Source: Mobula hypostoma (taxonomy: Eukaryota). From it: a stretch of DNA of 64,000 nt. Of the stretch, positions 25,667-39,696 are shown in pieces (the first letter of the stretch is position 1; the number at the start of each line of letters is the position of its first letter). The DNA lies in the NCBI RefSeq assembly GCF_963921235.1, contig NC_086097.1, positions 180,918,001-180,982,000 of the forward strand, read 5' to 3'. The position numbers and the translations under genes are program-made. The notes under the pieces were generated by a model. It worked only from the letters and a program-made list of their open reading frames with translations, was not told the origin of the DNA and did no database searches.

Positions 25667-28600
25667 CAGTGGTCTTTAACCACCCGGCCGCGGACCAGTA
25701 CCAAGCCGCAAAGCATGTGCTACCGAGCCGCGAGGAAACGATATGATTTGGTGATATGAAACGATGAGTCAGCTGCACCTTTCCTCATTCCCCGTCACGC
25801 CCACTGTTGAACATGAACGCACACAAGGTCATCAGTCGGTCATTAACCTACAGCTATTCGATGAGTAAAAAACATCGCTCGAGTTTCTTTGGAAGAGGTG
25901 GTAGGGGACATAAAGGGCCTAACGATGATGATAACGCAGAGACAGCTGAGGCTGAGGCTGCAAAAAAAAAAGCTTCCTTCAACAGAAAATACGATGATTT
26001 GTACATAAAATATGGCTTTATTGCGACCAGTGACTCGCAAGCTCCAAGCCCCCTGTGTGTGATATGTGGAGACAAGCTGTCTAATAAGGCAATGAAGCCC
26101 TCAAAACTGCTTCAGCACCTTGAGTCCAAGCACCCTGCACTTAAAGACAAACCCGTTGAGTTTTTTGAGCGGAAAAAACGTGAGCAAGTGGGACAGAGAC
26201 AAGTATTGCGAGCCACCACCTCCACAAATGCTGCTGCTCTGAGTGTCATACTTAGTGGCTAGCTATATTGTTAAGGATAAGAAGCCTTTCACTGTTGGTG
26301 AAGGATCGATTCTGCCTGCTGTCAAGGACATGTGCTGTGAACTGTTGGGCGAAGCTGCAGCTAACAAGATGGCACAGGTTTCTTTTTCAGCTACCACAGT
26401 TTCAAGGAGAATCGATGACATAGCGGAGGACATCGAAGCGTAGCTGTTGGAATGGCTTAACGAGTCACCATGGCATGCTATCCAGGTCAATGGATGCAGA
26501 GCACAAACGCCTTCTCTTACACACTGAAGTCAGGTGGCTATCAAGGGGGAGAGCCCTGAGCCCTGGCCAGGGTTTTTGAGTTAAGAGAGCAGTTATAGAG
26601 ATTTCTTTCAGGAAAGGAGTCTCCACTGGCAGCACACTTCAGTGACGAGGGTGGATAGCAAAACTCGCTTATCTGTGTGACATCTTCAACCTGTTCAATG
26701 AACTCAATTTGTCATTTCAGGGGAGAATGACAACTGTCTTCAAGTTGGCAGATAAAGTGTCTGCTTTCAAAGCCATACTGGAACTGAGGGAACAGCGAGT
26801 GGACAGGGGCATATTTGACATGTTCCCAACATTAGCTGGGATTTTGGGAGAGACTGAGGCTGCACCATCCTTCTAACAGCTGGTGCTCAATCACCTAACT
26901 TCGCTGTCGACAGAATTCGAGCTTTACTTCCCAGCCGCAAGTGATCCAAGACATGCAAAGGAATGCGTCCATGACCCATTTGTGAATGTCCCCGGTGAAT
27001 CATCCATGTCAGCGCGGGAAGATGATCAACTCCTCGAGTTTGCAAATTACGGTGGGCTGAAAAGTATGTTTGACATAACATCTCTGCTGGCATTCTGGAT
27101 CAAAGACAAGGCTGAATATCCTGAGATAGCCACACAAATCACTGAAAACGTTGCTACCATTTCCAACATCATATCTCTGCAAAGCAGGGTTTTCTGCAAT
27201 GAATACAATGAAAACTAAATTGCGGAATAGACTGGACCTCCTTCGAGTATCACTGTCTCCCCATCACCCCTTGATGGGACCGTCTTGTTGCAGGAAAACA
27301 AGCCCAGGGCTCCCACTGATTCAGCAATATTGGTGTGTTGCAATGATTTTATATGTTCATACGAGGAAAATATGCGCTGTGTGTTTAATATCCAAATGAT
27401 AGTGGAATCAAAGGTTATGGGGATAAGGCAGGCACTGGATACTGATAGTGGATGATCAGCCATGATCACAGTGAATGGTGGTGCTGGCTTGAAGGGCCGA
27501 ATGGCCTACTCCTGCACCCATTGTCTATTGTTACTTAAAATGTTATGATGCTATTCAATCACTCTTTTCTACCCTCATGGTCAGATAAAACCTACCATGC
27601 TTGGAGGGAGAAGGGTCTCGTTTCTATTGAAGACCTGTACATAGAGGGATGGTTTGCAACATTTAGTCTGCTGAAAGAGAAATTTGAGCTGCCTCATTCG
27701 CACTTTTTTCGTTACTTACAAATTAGACACTACATTCAATCTAAGATTTGTAATTTTGAAATCCTTCCAGGGAAACATATATTTTTTGATATTTTAAAGA
27801 ACCCTCCTGACTCCAGGCATCTCGTTTCTAAGTTTGTATGTTTGTTTGATAATTGCACTGTAGCGTCCACTGTGAAGATTAGAGTCGCCTGGAGAGAGGA
27901 GTTGGGCATTGAATTATCTGAAGATGCCTGGGATAAGTGTTTGTCTATGATACAGGCTTGCTTTGTTAACAGCAGACACCAACTGATCCAGTTTAAAGTT
28001 GTCCACCATCTCCACTCCTCTAAACTTAGATTGCACACGATTTACCCTTCTATCTCGCCAATGTGTGATAGATGCCAAGGGACGGAAGCCACGTTGTCAC
28101 ACACCCTTTGGTTTTGCCCATTACTGACTGGATTTTGGTCTAAAGTATTCGACTGGTACTCAAAGGCCTAAAAAAGATCCTTCCCCTTGGAAGCTGGTCT
28201 CGCTATATTTGGCTGCTCGCAATCTACTATTTGTTTCCCTACAGCCATACAACAGTCTCTGATGCTGGGGATGATTGTTGCCAAAAGACTTACCTTGATG
28301 GAATGGAAATCGCCTTCTCCCCCTTCCTTTCGGAGATGGATGGCGGATGTGATCTCAGTCATACAGGTGGAGAAACTTAGGTTCTTGAGAACCAATTCAA
28401 TTAAAAAATTTTTGGCCATCTGGGATCCATTTCTTGCCTACCTGGACGAGGTCGGGGGTGGGTGAGCAATTTCCCCCCAGCTGATTTTTCACGGCCCTCA
28501 ATTGAGATTTAATGTTTCGTATTTTTGAGCACTTTGTACAATAGGCATCCCTCTAATGTTATGTCTCTTTTTGCTTATTTCATTTTTGTACATGTCTGAG

Positions 28601-28920
28601 CTGGTACGTTCTTGTTGATTTCATTGGTTTGTTTTGTAAAATTTGAAAATAAAGTATTTTAAAAAATGTTATGATGCTATTGACTTATAATTGACTTATC
28701 ACTATATTCATGCGAGGAAAATATGCGCTGTGTGTTTAATATTAAATTTGTTAGATAAACCCTTTAAGAAACGAAATTGAGTGTATTAGCCACTTACAAG
28801 TGACTTATAGTTGACTTATCACCTATATTCTGGTGGTGATTAACACCCCTCCACCCCGGTCGGCAAGAATATTGTCAACATTAAACTGGTCCGCGGTGCA
28901 AAAAAGGTCGGGGACCCCTG
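25667..28920 (+). mobile_element. hAT (Charlie/Buster, ZBED5-like) DNA transposon, decayed, with nested inserts
   Basis: BED finger RKYDDLYIKYGF...CVICGDKLSNKAMKPSKLLQHLESKH; C-terminal LPFPTSYLCKAGFS; TIRs CAGTGGTCTTTAACC and CAGGGGTCCCCGACC; 8-bp TSD caatagca/taatagca. Confidence 0.92.
27556..28662 (+). mobile_element. L1-clade LINE 3' fragment nested in the hAT
   Basis: SHFFRYLQIRH, QFKVVH, CDRC...HTLWFC; AATAAA and A tail; 19-bp TSD aaaatgttatgatgctatt at 27537-27555 and 28663-28681. Confidence 0.9.
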
Positions 28921-29215
28921 TAATAGCATATAGGTTTGCTTGACACTTTACAACGCCAGCGTTTTGGGTTCAGTTCCTGCCATTCTGTAAGGAAATTGTA
29001 CATTCTCTTCGTGACCATGTAGATTTACTCTAGGTGCTCCAGTTTCCTCCCACATTCCGAAGGTGTACAGGTTAGGATTAGTAAATCGTAGGCATGCTAT
29101 GATAGAAGCCTGGTAACACTTGTGGGCTGCCCCCAGCACATCCTCGGACTGTGTTGGTCATTGATGCAAAAGGCATATTTCATTGTGTTTTGATGTATAT
29201 GTAACTATTAAAGTT
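28921..29215 (+). mobile_element. tRNA-derived V-SINE-like element (5' head at about 25650-25666, split by the hAT)
   Basis: gggtggcaca... head, B-box-like gggttcagttcc, V-domain-like ggtgctccagtttcctcccaca. Confidence 0.65.
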
Positions 29216-29593
29216 AATGGCTAATCTTCAAAATCTTTAAAAATCTTAACCATCATATCTTTGGGATCAAGCAGGAAACCACAGCAGGCAAGGGAAACTC
29301 AAGCAGTCGCAGAACAAAGAGCAAACCCTACACCGGCAGTAACTAAGGTGGGGATTAACCCTGAACAACTGGAGCCATCCAACAGCAGCACTAACTGCTG
29401 TGCCACTGCGCTCTCAAGTTCCACTTGCATGGACAGTCAACAACTTGAGATGTTTTTCCACAGGTACTGTCTGACCTGCTGGCAGAAATCTGTATTTATT
29501 TCAGATTTCCTACATCAACCATTTTGATTTCCAACTTTCAAGCTTCAAACATAACTAACACAATAACTAGAGCAAAATCCAAAAGATAGTTAC

Positions 29594-29776
29594 AGTCTTC
29601 ATGGGCCAGACGCTCTGCCTCTTTCTCCAAATTGATGCGCTCCTTGTCAACCTCGACCACACAATCCAATGGTGTTTTGTCACTTGGTGGCATTTCTCGT
29701 GTAAGGTGGTAAATATCGATGGGTTCTGGTATCGGTAACTCCCGATGACCTAGAGCAGACAGCAGCATGGATTTGC
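29594..29776 (-). CDS. ABCF2: ABCF2 coding exon 3
   Basis: catcccag|GC AAA TCC ATG...[61 protein letters not shown]|gtaact; 183 nt, phase 1 to 1. Confidence 0.96.
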
Positions 29777-30336
29777 CTGGGATGAGAGAAGGGGGTCAAT
29801 ATTAGCAAAGGGCAAGTCACAATGTCCCCTCCCAAACTGGAGAGTCTGTTAGTTTCTTTGGAAACAAAGTACAGTAGCTCTACTTGATCTGCAAAAATAC
29901 TTTTATGGGCTTTATTTAATGGGTTCTACACAGTTTTAGTTGACAAATTCATGCTGTCTACAAGCTCCAATTTTTTAAGTCGGCCAATTGCCCCAGTTTA
30001 ATGATCTGGAAGATCCCCATAAACCCCTGACCTACTGGCCCAAATATTGCACAGTTGAAGATCCAGTTAGATGATAGCAATAAATGCCCACTAGGGACCC
30101 TTGCAACCAGGCACATTATGGAATCAGTAATGGGCTGACCACATATGCCAGTAACACACTGCTACAAAAAAACCTCTTACAGGGTAATAGAAGCTGCTAC
30201 ATTTGATAAGCTTTCAAGAACATTGAGGAAAATCAACTTTGGAAACAGACACCGGCTCCGTAAAATGTTGAAGTGTTGTGGACTTCAAAAACCTTCCAGG
30301 TATTTGTCCCAACATTCTGACCACTTATGACCTTAC

Positions 30337-30549
30337 CAGTGCCATTGAGACCGATCAATCCATAGCGACGGCCAGTATTCAGCTCCAGTTTGGTGTCACT
30401 TAGTAGCTCTTGACCATGAAACGTGAGTGACAGATTAATAATATGAACATCTGTACTATTGGGATGAGAGGCCAAGACTCCTGTGACTGCCCGGGCTGCT
30501 GCTTTCTTCAGCTCAAATTCATCCAGCTCACTGATAATATGAGCCAAGC
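30337..30549 (-). CDS. ABCF2: ABCF2 coding exon 2 (start of ABC domain 1, Walker A)
   Basis: ttttcacag|GC TTG GCT...[53 protein letters not shown]|gtaagg; 213 nt, phase 1 to 1. Confidence 0.97.
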
Positions 30550-31683
30550 CTGTGAAAAAGAGAAACTTTTCAGGGACATGGAGCCGATAACCAATGAAGG
30601 AAAAGGTTAATGCAATACAAGAGTTCCTAGAGAATTCAAGATACTCTTATGATTGAGTGGCATTCCATTTAGTTCTTCAAGAACTTTATGAAACTAATTT
30701 GCTCTTTTTAAAATGGCATTAGATAAAATGATAGTAAATTTACAGTTAAGAGGTCCCTCAGTTACACCATCGTATACTCCCCTTTGTGTCACTTCTCACC
30801 CTAACATAGCACTTAATTTCTTTCTCCCTTTTAACCATTTAACCAGCTTCACCTTGAATGTAACACCACTACTCACCACCACATAGTACAGAACTTGCTC
30901 CTCTCAGTTTTCTCTAGGTAAAGACTCATGAACTACCTACTGGAAAATTCCAAATTGTCAACTATCTCACAATTTTGAACATCTTTAGGATATATAATTT
31001 TAGGCCATCATAATTTTAACATTCACATGTAACAATCTAGTTACGTTGAAATTAGAGGAGTCCCAGCCTACTACAAGGTAGCATAGCAGATTAAGTTACT
31101 CGATGCTACCCGCAATCAGAACCATTAATCTGGAGACGTGTTCAAATCTCATTGTGGAAAATGTGGAATTTAAATTCAAGAATTGATCTGAATTTAAACA
31201 GCTTGATTTGAAATGCATTTTTAATTGATGTAATAAGTGATGTCCATATTCTTGTATATGGGACATCAATGCAATGCCTGTATTTATTACTCTTATTCAA
31301 GGAGCTAGTGATGACACACCTTCTGGAACTGCTGCTGTCTTCGCAATAAAGGAATCTGTAGTCGCACAATGCAAAACATTGCAGATACTCAGTGTTTCTG
31401 ATCAACAGGGACTGCTAAATGTGAATTAGGGACCAGAATTTCATGAAAACCTGCCTGATGCAATAATTTCAGGGAAGGGTATTTTGCCAACCTTACTTTG
31501 TCTACTTATGTTTGCAGATACACCAAAGATCCGTTAAGGGTATTCATGCTAAAATCCATTCAGCACAGTGCAAGTAGAGATAGGAAGGTAAATAGCTCTT
31601 TTGCAACAAACAAGTTAAAACCTTTCCTGACATTTATAGTCTAACTTCTGGCATGTTGTATACTGCCAAACCCAAGTCCCTAC

Positions 31684-31855
31684 CTGCATCGTGACCAGAA
31701 GACCCATTGATCTGTGGTGTTTTGGAATTTTCCACTTCATCTGTGCCAAGATCACCATTTTCCTCAGTACCTTCTGTGGCTTTAGGTTTACGCTGACGAG
31801 CCTTTGCTGCTTCCTTCTTTTTGGCTGCCTTTTTCTTGGCCAAATCGGAAGGCAT
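31684..31855 (-). CDS. ABCF2: ABCF2 first coding exon (exon starts at 31891 with a short 5' UTR)
   Basis: Translates MPSDLAKKKAAKKKEAAKARQR..., the ABCF2 N-terminus. Acceptor ttttggcag ends at 31892; donor CAG|GTAGGG follows 31684; 172 nt, phase 1. Confidence 0.96.
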
Positions 31856-32204
31856 TTTTGCTATTAGTTTGTGTTACAATGGAAGCAGAATCTGCCAAAA
31901 GATAAAATGGTTTAGTTTTACACCTTGGGGTTCCCACTATATGTTAAACTAGTGCTTCAGAAAAGTGATTTTGGTGCACTACGCAATGTCATCCTCTGGC
32001 AGGGAGTGGAAATGGGGAGTGGGGTTGGGAAAGACACAGAAACATTCAGAATACTTCATAGGGATCAACTGCAGCTCCTAACACTGAGTAAAGCTGAACC
32101 AGACTGCCCTTTATCTGATCCTGTCTGGCTTCCAGCCCCTTATTATTGATATCAAAAGATTCTGCGTACCACTCCCTGCCTGCTCACCTGCGAAAAACCC
32201 ATAT

Positions 32205-32716
32205 CCGTCGCCTCTGATCTGGGCCGACATTTACGTGCCGAGTGGCACCTAATTAATTAGCTTGTTTATTTCGGCTTTTTTCTTAAAGATGTGCTGGGTG
32301 CATCCCGGCTACCACTGCACCACTGCATTCTTAGTGGCAATGTATCGGTCCGCGGCCTGGAGGTTGGGGACCACTGCCATATATTGATGTTTGCGACAGT
32401 CTGTACTCTTATCTAATCGGTCACTTTGATGCAGCACAAGCTACGCTGAAAACGCGGTGTATGGCGGGGGAGCTACACACATGCACACTGGGCAGAAAGA
32501 ACGGAACTAAAACCCCGCAACCCGGAAACAATCTCTCTTTACAAACAGCTCTCAGTAGCAAAAGTATTGCTGTATTACCATTATCCTAATTAGTATTACT
32601 TATTTTTATAATGCTCACATTACAACAGTATTTGTGTATTTATTTTTTTACGGGATCTACTGGGCAAGTCTTAAAGATTGACTGGTTGATCGCGATCGAC
32701 GGGTTGGCGACCACTA
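32205..32716 (-). mobile_element. Second copy of the same hAT end
   Basis: Highly similar to 1473-1979, including the internal ggttggggaccactg TIR-like motif. Confidence 0.75.
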
Positions 32717-33809
32717 AGCTAGAGTTTGCCAGAAGGCACATGGGAGACTCTGAAGCCAGCTAGAAGGTTCTATGGTCTGATGAAACCATCAAACTAAACT
32801 CTATGTTTGGCATAAGCCAAACACCCCAACCACAAACTGTTCCATCTGCTACCATCCAGGAAATGGTACCACAGCATAAAAGCCAGGACCAACAGGCTCC
32901 GGGACAGCTTCTTCCACCAAGCCATCAGACTGATTAATTCATGCTGATACAATTCTATTTCTATCTTATATTGACTGTCCTGTTGTACATACTATTTATT
33001 ATAAATTACTATAAATTGCACATTGCATATTTAGATGGAGAAGTAATGTGAAGATATTTACTCATGTATATGAAGGATGTAAGTAATAAAGTCAATTCAT
33101 CAAAAACATACCATCTCTACTGTTAAGTATGGTGACTGCATCATGATGTATAGATGCTTCATTGCAACAGGCCCTGGAAGGCTTGTGAAAGTAGAGGGTA
33201 AAATGAATGCAACAAAATACAGGGAAATCCTGAAGGAAAACCTAATGCAGTCTACAAGAGAACTGTGACTTGTGAAAAGATCTGTTTTCCAGCAAGACAA
33301 TGACCCCAAGCATAAAGCCAAAGCTACATAAGAATGGCTTAAAAACGAAGTTAATGTCCTGAAGTGACCAAGTAAGAGTCCAGGCCTCAATCCAATTGAG
33401 AATTTGTGGCTGGACTTGAAAAGGGCTGTTCACTCGTGATCCCCATGCAATCTGACAGAGCCTGAGCAGATTTGTAGTGAAGAATGGGGGGAAAAAATTG
33501 GAGTACACAGATGTGTAAAGCTGATAAAGATCTATCCACGTAGATTCAAGACTGTAATTGCCGCCAAAGGTACACCTACTAAATACTGACTTGAAGAGGG
33601 TGAATACTTAAGCGATCAAACGTTTTGTGTTTTATATTTGTAATTAATTTAGATCACTTTGTAGAGGTCTGTTTTCACTTTGACACAAAAGAATATTTTT
33701 CTGTTGATCAATGTCAAAAAAAGCCAAATTAAATCCACTGTGATTCAATGTTATAAAATAATAAAACACGAAAACTTCCAAGGGGGTTGAATACTTTTTA
33801 TAGGCACTG
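32717..33809 (+). mobile_element. Tc1 3' fragment, same family, with a Rex1-like insert at about 32830-33100
   Basis: tggtctgatgaaacc (WSDET), FQQDNDPKH; right terminus ...tataggcactg-TA. Confidence 0.85.
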
Positions 33810-33947
33810 TATGTGCCCACTACCTTATATGTGTTATGAGTGCCTTGTGCTGTGTGACTGTTGGTACCGTGTTTTGCACCTTGGCCCTGAAGTAACACTG
33901 TTTTGTTTGCTTTAATCATGCGTATTCATCTATGGCTGAATGACAAA

Positions 33948-34503
33948 CTTAGAAACATAGAAAACCTACAGCACCATACAGGCCCTTCAGCCCACAAAAC
34001 TGTGCCAAACATGTCCTTACCCTAGAAATTACTAGGGTTACCCATAGCCCTCAATTTTTCTGAGCTCCGTGTACCTATCCAGGAGTCTCCTAAAAGACCC
34101 TATCGTACCCGCCTCCACCACTGTCGCTGGCAGCCCATTCCAGGCACTCACCACTCTCTGTGTAAAAAAGTTACCCCTGAAATCTCCTCTGTACCTACTT
34201 CCAAGCACCTTAAAACTGTGCCCTCTCATGCTAGCCTTTTCAAAAAGCCTCTGACTATCCACACGATCAACACCTCTCATCGTCCTATACACCTCTATCA
34301 GGTCACCTCTCATCCTCCGTTGCTCCAAGGAGAAAAGGCCAAGTTCACTCAACCTATTCACATAAGGCATGCTCCCCAATCCAGGCAACATCCTTGCAAA
34401 TCTCCTCTGCACCCTTCCTATGGTTTCCCCATCCTTCCTGTAGTGAGGTGACCAGAACTGAGCACAGTACTCCAAGTGGGGTCTGACCAGAGTCCTATAT
34501 AGC
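33948..34503 (-). mobile_element. CR1 3' fragment
   Basis: LYRTLVRPHLEYCAQFWSPHYRKD...RRMRGDLIEVY. Confidence 0.9.
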
Positions 34504-36439
34504 TTCAATTTCAACTTGAACTTTAATTTCATTCAACATTACTCAGCCCATCGCTGAACAATTCCTACAACCTATGGACTCACTTTCAAGGACTCTCCAT
34601 CTCATGTTCTCGTAACTGATCACTTATTTTTCTTTTAGTATTCGCACATTGATGCTTGTCCATCCTATTGGGTGTGGCATTTCATTGATTCTATTGTGTT
34701 TCTTGTATTTCCTGTGAATGTCAGCAAGAAAATGAATCTCAAGGCTTTTTATGGTGACTATTACATATACTTTGAACTTTGAATCTGCACCCAGTCCAGA
34801 GCTATCATTTCTTTCTTATTGCGCATTAATTTTTCTGATTCAAGGGATGAAACTCCAAAGATTAAATGAGTGTGAGGAAAAGAAAAGTCAGGACATACCA
34901 AGCAAGATAACTTAACCTATTCTTCTAACAATGTGACCCCATCAGACACTATGTACTCATGTGGAAAAACTCAATGTTCACTGTATCTGTTATTAAATCA
35001 AACTGGCCCAGAATTGTATTCTATAATTTAACAAACCACTTGTGCTAAAATTAAAGGACTGCAGTAAGGTAGCACAGTCAGCAAAGACCGCAGATATTCT
35101 TCTCCACACTGGACAACATTGACCTTCCCCGTAAACCTTGTGGAGAAGGTGCTCTCATGATGATGTCAGCTATGGAATTCCAGGATTTCAACCCAGCAAC
35201 AAAGATAAGATGGCAATGTGTGTGAAGCCAGAAAGATGGATTCCAATGGTTTTACTACTCCTTTCTCAGAGGATGGGACCCTTGGTCTACCAGTGACTGG
35301 GTTACATTTGATATGACCAAATGATGACCACCTTAAATAAATAAACTTGGTCTGTGACAGATCAGTATTGAATTGAATTGACCTCATTTCTTATATCCTT
35401 CACACACGAGGAGTAAAAATCTTTACATTACGTCTCCAGCTAAATGTGCAATCATAGTAATTTATAATAATTTATAATAAATAGAACAGTCAACGTAATA
35501 TGGAGTACACTCAAATCAGCATGAGTTCATCAGTCTGGCGACCTGGTGGAAGAAGCTGTCTCGGAGCCTGTTGGTCCTGGCTTTTATGCTGTGGTACCAC
35601 TTCCCGGATGGTAGCAGCTGGAATAGATTGTGGTTGGGGTGACTCGGGTCCCCAGTGATCCTATAGGCCCTTTGTACACACCTGTAATTATCCAGCTCTA
35701 GTCTAGCATTCTCTGGAGCATCTGGACAACAAATGCATCAGACTGTTGTTTACTGCCTACAATTCCACTTTCAATACTCTTGCTCCAAGCAAACTCATCA
35801 TCGAATTCCAGATCCTGGGAGTCAACACATCCCTCTACAATTGAATAGTTGACTTCCTACCCAACAGGTTGCTGTCAGTAAGGATAGGAGCAATATCTTT
35901 GTCACTATTATTCTTAACACTGGTGCTCCACAACATTGCATCCTCAGTCTCGTATACTCCCCGTACAATCATTACTGTGTGGCCAGATTCTGCTCCAAGT
36001 CCATCGACAAGTTTGCAGGTGATATCTCCAAAGTGAGCCACATTTCAAGTAATGATGAGTTGGAATACCTGAAGGAAATAAAGAGCGCAGTAACATGGTG
36101 TCATGACAACAACCTTTCCTTCAATGTAAGCAAAACAAGAGAGCCAATGACTTCAGGAAGGGGAGAGAATTGCAGTACACATACTCCTGTCTATATCAAC
36201 AATGTTGAGGTTGAGGGCTTAAGTTCTTAGGAGTGAGCATCACTAATAACCTGCCCTGGTCCTAGCACATAGATTTCATAGCTAAAAACCTCAAATACCC
36301 CTCCTCCCACACAAAAAAATGAACAAAGCAAATCAGACACATCAACCCACCCCCCTCCCCAAACCCTCCTCTTACAGAAAAAAAAACAAAACGGATCGGG
36401 CATATTGTCAGGGAGACAGAAAGTAAGTTCTGTGGCTCC

Positions 36440-38340
36440 AAGAGACACCAGGATGGTGTGTTGCCTTACGGGTGTAAGAGTCTATGATGTATCTGAATGA
36501 CCGCAGGATATTCTCAAGGGAGGTGGTGAACAGCCAGAGGTCATGGTGTAGATTGGCACTAATGGCATAGGCAGAAAAGAGGAAAGAGTTCCTACGCAGT
36601 GAAAATATAGAGTTCGGAAAGGGACTGAAGGGGACCTCCAAGGTTTTAATCTCCAGATTACTTCCTATGCCATGGGCTGGTACAGGTAGGAATGGGGCGA
36701 AAGCACGGATGAATGAGTGGCTGAGGAGATGGTGCAGGAGAAAGGGTTTCAAGTTCTTGGATCATTGGAACCTTTTCTGGGGACCCATGAACTTAGAACA
36801 TGGATCAATACATGGAATTACGATGTTGTAGCCATAACTGAAACTTGGTTGAGAGGGGCAGGAATGAATGATTAAGGCACCAGGTTTTTGAAGTTTTAGA
36901 AAAAATAGAGAAGGTTGTTGCACTACTAATCAGGGACAGTATCACAACTGCACTCAGTGGAGACATAATGGAGGGGTCAGACACTGATTCCGTTTGGGTG
37001 GAACTCAGGAATAGGAAGGGTGCAATCACAATGTACTACAGCAAACACATTGTACTACAGATCTCCTAATAGGTACCAGGACATTAAGGAACAGATATGT
37101 AACCAGATTAGGGAAATGTGTAAAAATAATATGGTTGCAGTCATGGGGGATTTTGATTTCTTAGTGCAAGGGATTACGATGGGACAGAATTTATTAAGTG
37201 TATCCAGGAAGATTTCTTAAATCACTATGTCGACGAACCAGTGAGTCGAGGAGCCGTACCGGACTTAGTATTGGGTAATAAGCTAGGTGACTGACCTTTC
37301 AATGGGTGAACAGTTAGAGAAGTGACCACAACTTCTTTACTCTCAGGATAGCTATGGGTAAGGATAGGTATGGTCCTTGTGGGAGTCTTAATTTGGAGTA
37401 GGACAAATTACAAGGGCATTAGGCAGGAACAAAGAAGCTTTAATTGGGAACACTTTTTCTCTGACAAGTCCACATCACACAGGTAGAGGGTGTTTAAAGA
37501 TCAATTGCACAGAGTACAGGAAAGGCATGTTCCTGTTCAGACGGAAGGACAGCGATCAAAAGATAAAAGAACCTTGGATGTCCAGAGAGGTAATGAATTT
37601 AGTCAAGATAAAGGAAAAGTATGTAAAGCTTCAGAAGTTAGGATCAAACAAAGCATGTGAGCAGTGCAAAGCCAGTAAAGAAGGGAATTAGGAAAGCCAG
37701 GAGAGGCCATGAAAAGTCCTTAGCAAGTTGGATTAAGGTGACTCCCAAGGCATTCTATACATATATCAGAGCAAGAGAATAACTATTAAGAGGATAGGAC
37801 TACTTGAGGATAAAGGAGGGAACATTTGCTTGGATGCAAGGAATGTGAGTGATGTACTTAATGAGTACTTTGCTTCAGTATTAACCAAGGAAAAGGATAA
37901 GGATGACAAGGAGGTCAGTGCAGAGTGTATAAATAAGTTAGGGTAGTTTAGAGATCAAGGAGGAGGTGGTGTTGGGCCTCCTAATGAGTATTAAGGTGGA
38001 TAAGTTCTGAGGGCCTGATGGGATTTACTCCAGGTTACTGAAGGAGGCAAGATTGCAGGGCCCTTGGCCAATATCTTAGTGTCTTCTCTAGCCACAGCCG
38101 AGGTCCTGGAGAACTGGTGAGTGGCTAATGTTGTACTTCTATTTAAGAAGGGAACAAGGGAAAATCCTGGGAACTATATCAGTTGTAGAGTAATTGCTGG
38201 AGAAAATTCTTGCGGGGGCGGGGGGGGGGGGCGAAGAATAGGATATATGAGCATTTGGAAACTATGGCTTAATTAGGGAGAGCCAGAATGGATTTGTGCA
38301 AGATACCAACTGATTAGATTTTATAACAAGGTGAAGAGAG
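36440..38340 (+). mobile_element. Decayed CR1 5' and middle region (ORF1 remnant, endonuclease, RT start)
   Basis: Fragments such as YDVVAITETWL, VAVMGDF, agtgaccaca (SDH) and gtggctaatgttgtacttctatttaagaaggg, with many stops. Confidence 0.75.
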
Positions 38341-38485
38341 AAAGACTACTGGCTGTAGTAGCTGCACCTGGTGGTTCAACCAAGTACTGAGCAAAGGAGG
38401 ATGAATACTTTTGAATTGCTGAGATTTCAGTTTTTGAATTTTTAAGTTTTTCATGCTTTACAGTTATCCCTCTTTTTTTGGGCTC

Positions 38486-38602
38486 TACTGTGGAAAAAAA
38501 CCATATGATTCACAAATAAAAATTCTCAGTTAAATTAACCACTACTGTGGGGAAAAAAAGAGCATATGATTCACAAATAAAAATTCTCACTTAAATTAAC
38601 CA
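38486..38602. repeat. Tandem duplication of about 58 bp
   Basis: Two copies of ctactgtgg...catatgattcacaaataaaaattctca(g/c)ttaaattaacca. Confidence 0.85.
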
Positions 38603-39696
38603 AAAGTCTCGTTTGTAATGCTCACTTATGTGAACAAAGGGTTGGTTTATAAGATGCTGTAAATAATACCACACTAGCAATATTACTGTGTTTCATGCCA
38701 AAACAAAACTGAAAACAATGACCAGATCCTCTATGTCCTACCATAGACCACACACATAAAATACCGGAGGAACTCAGCAGGTCAGGCAGTATATATGGAA
38801 AAAGCGACGTTTCATGCTGAGAGCCTTCTTCAGGACTGGAAAGTAAGGGGAGAAATCAGCGTAGGGGGATGGGGCAGGGTTGAAGTAAAGAGCTGGGAAA
38901 TTAATTAGTGAAAGAGATAAAGGGCTGTAGAAGGGGGAATCTGATAGGAGAGGACAGAAACTGTGGAAGAAAGGAAAAAGGAGGAGCACGAGAGGGTGGT
39001 GATGGGCAGGTAAGGTGAGAGGGGGAAAACAGGAATGAGGAATGGTGAAGGAGAGTGGGGCGGGGGCATGGGGAGGCCAATACCAGAAGTTTGAGAAATC
39101 GTTCATGCCATCAGGTTGGAGGCTACCCTGACAGAATACAAGGTGTTGCTCCTCCAATCCAAGTGTGGCAGTAGAGGAGGCCATGGACTGACAAGTCAGA
39201 ATGGGAATAGGAAGTAGAGTTGAAATGGGTGGCCACTGGGAAATCCCACATTTTGTGGCAGACAGAGTGAAGGTGCTCGATGAAGTGGTCTCTCAATCTA
39301 CATCGGGTCTAACCAATATACTAGAGGCCACACCGGGATCACCCGATACAGTAGATGACCCCAACAGACTTACAGGTGAAGTGTTATCTCACCTGGCAAG
39401 ACTACATGGGGCACTTAATGGTAGTGAGGGGGGAGGTGCAGGGGCAGGTGTGGCACTTGTTCCGCTTGCAAGAGTAAGTACTAAGAGGGAGATCAGTGGG
39501 GAGGGACAAATGGATGAAGAAGTCACCAAGGGAGTAATCCCCGCGGAAAACAGAAAACGGGGGTGGGGACGGGGAGGAAACATGTGCTTGGTGGTGGGAT
39601 CCCATTGGAAATGACATAAGTTATGGAGAATTCTGTGCTGGATGTGGAGGCTAGTGGGGTGATAGGTGAGGACAAAAGCTATCCCTGGCATGATGG

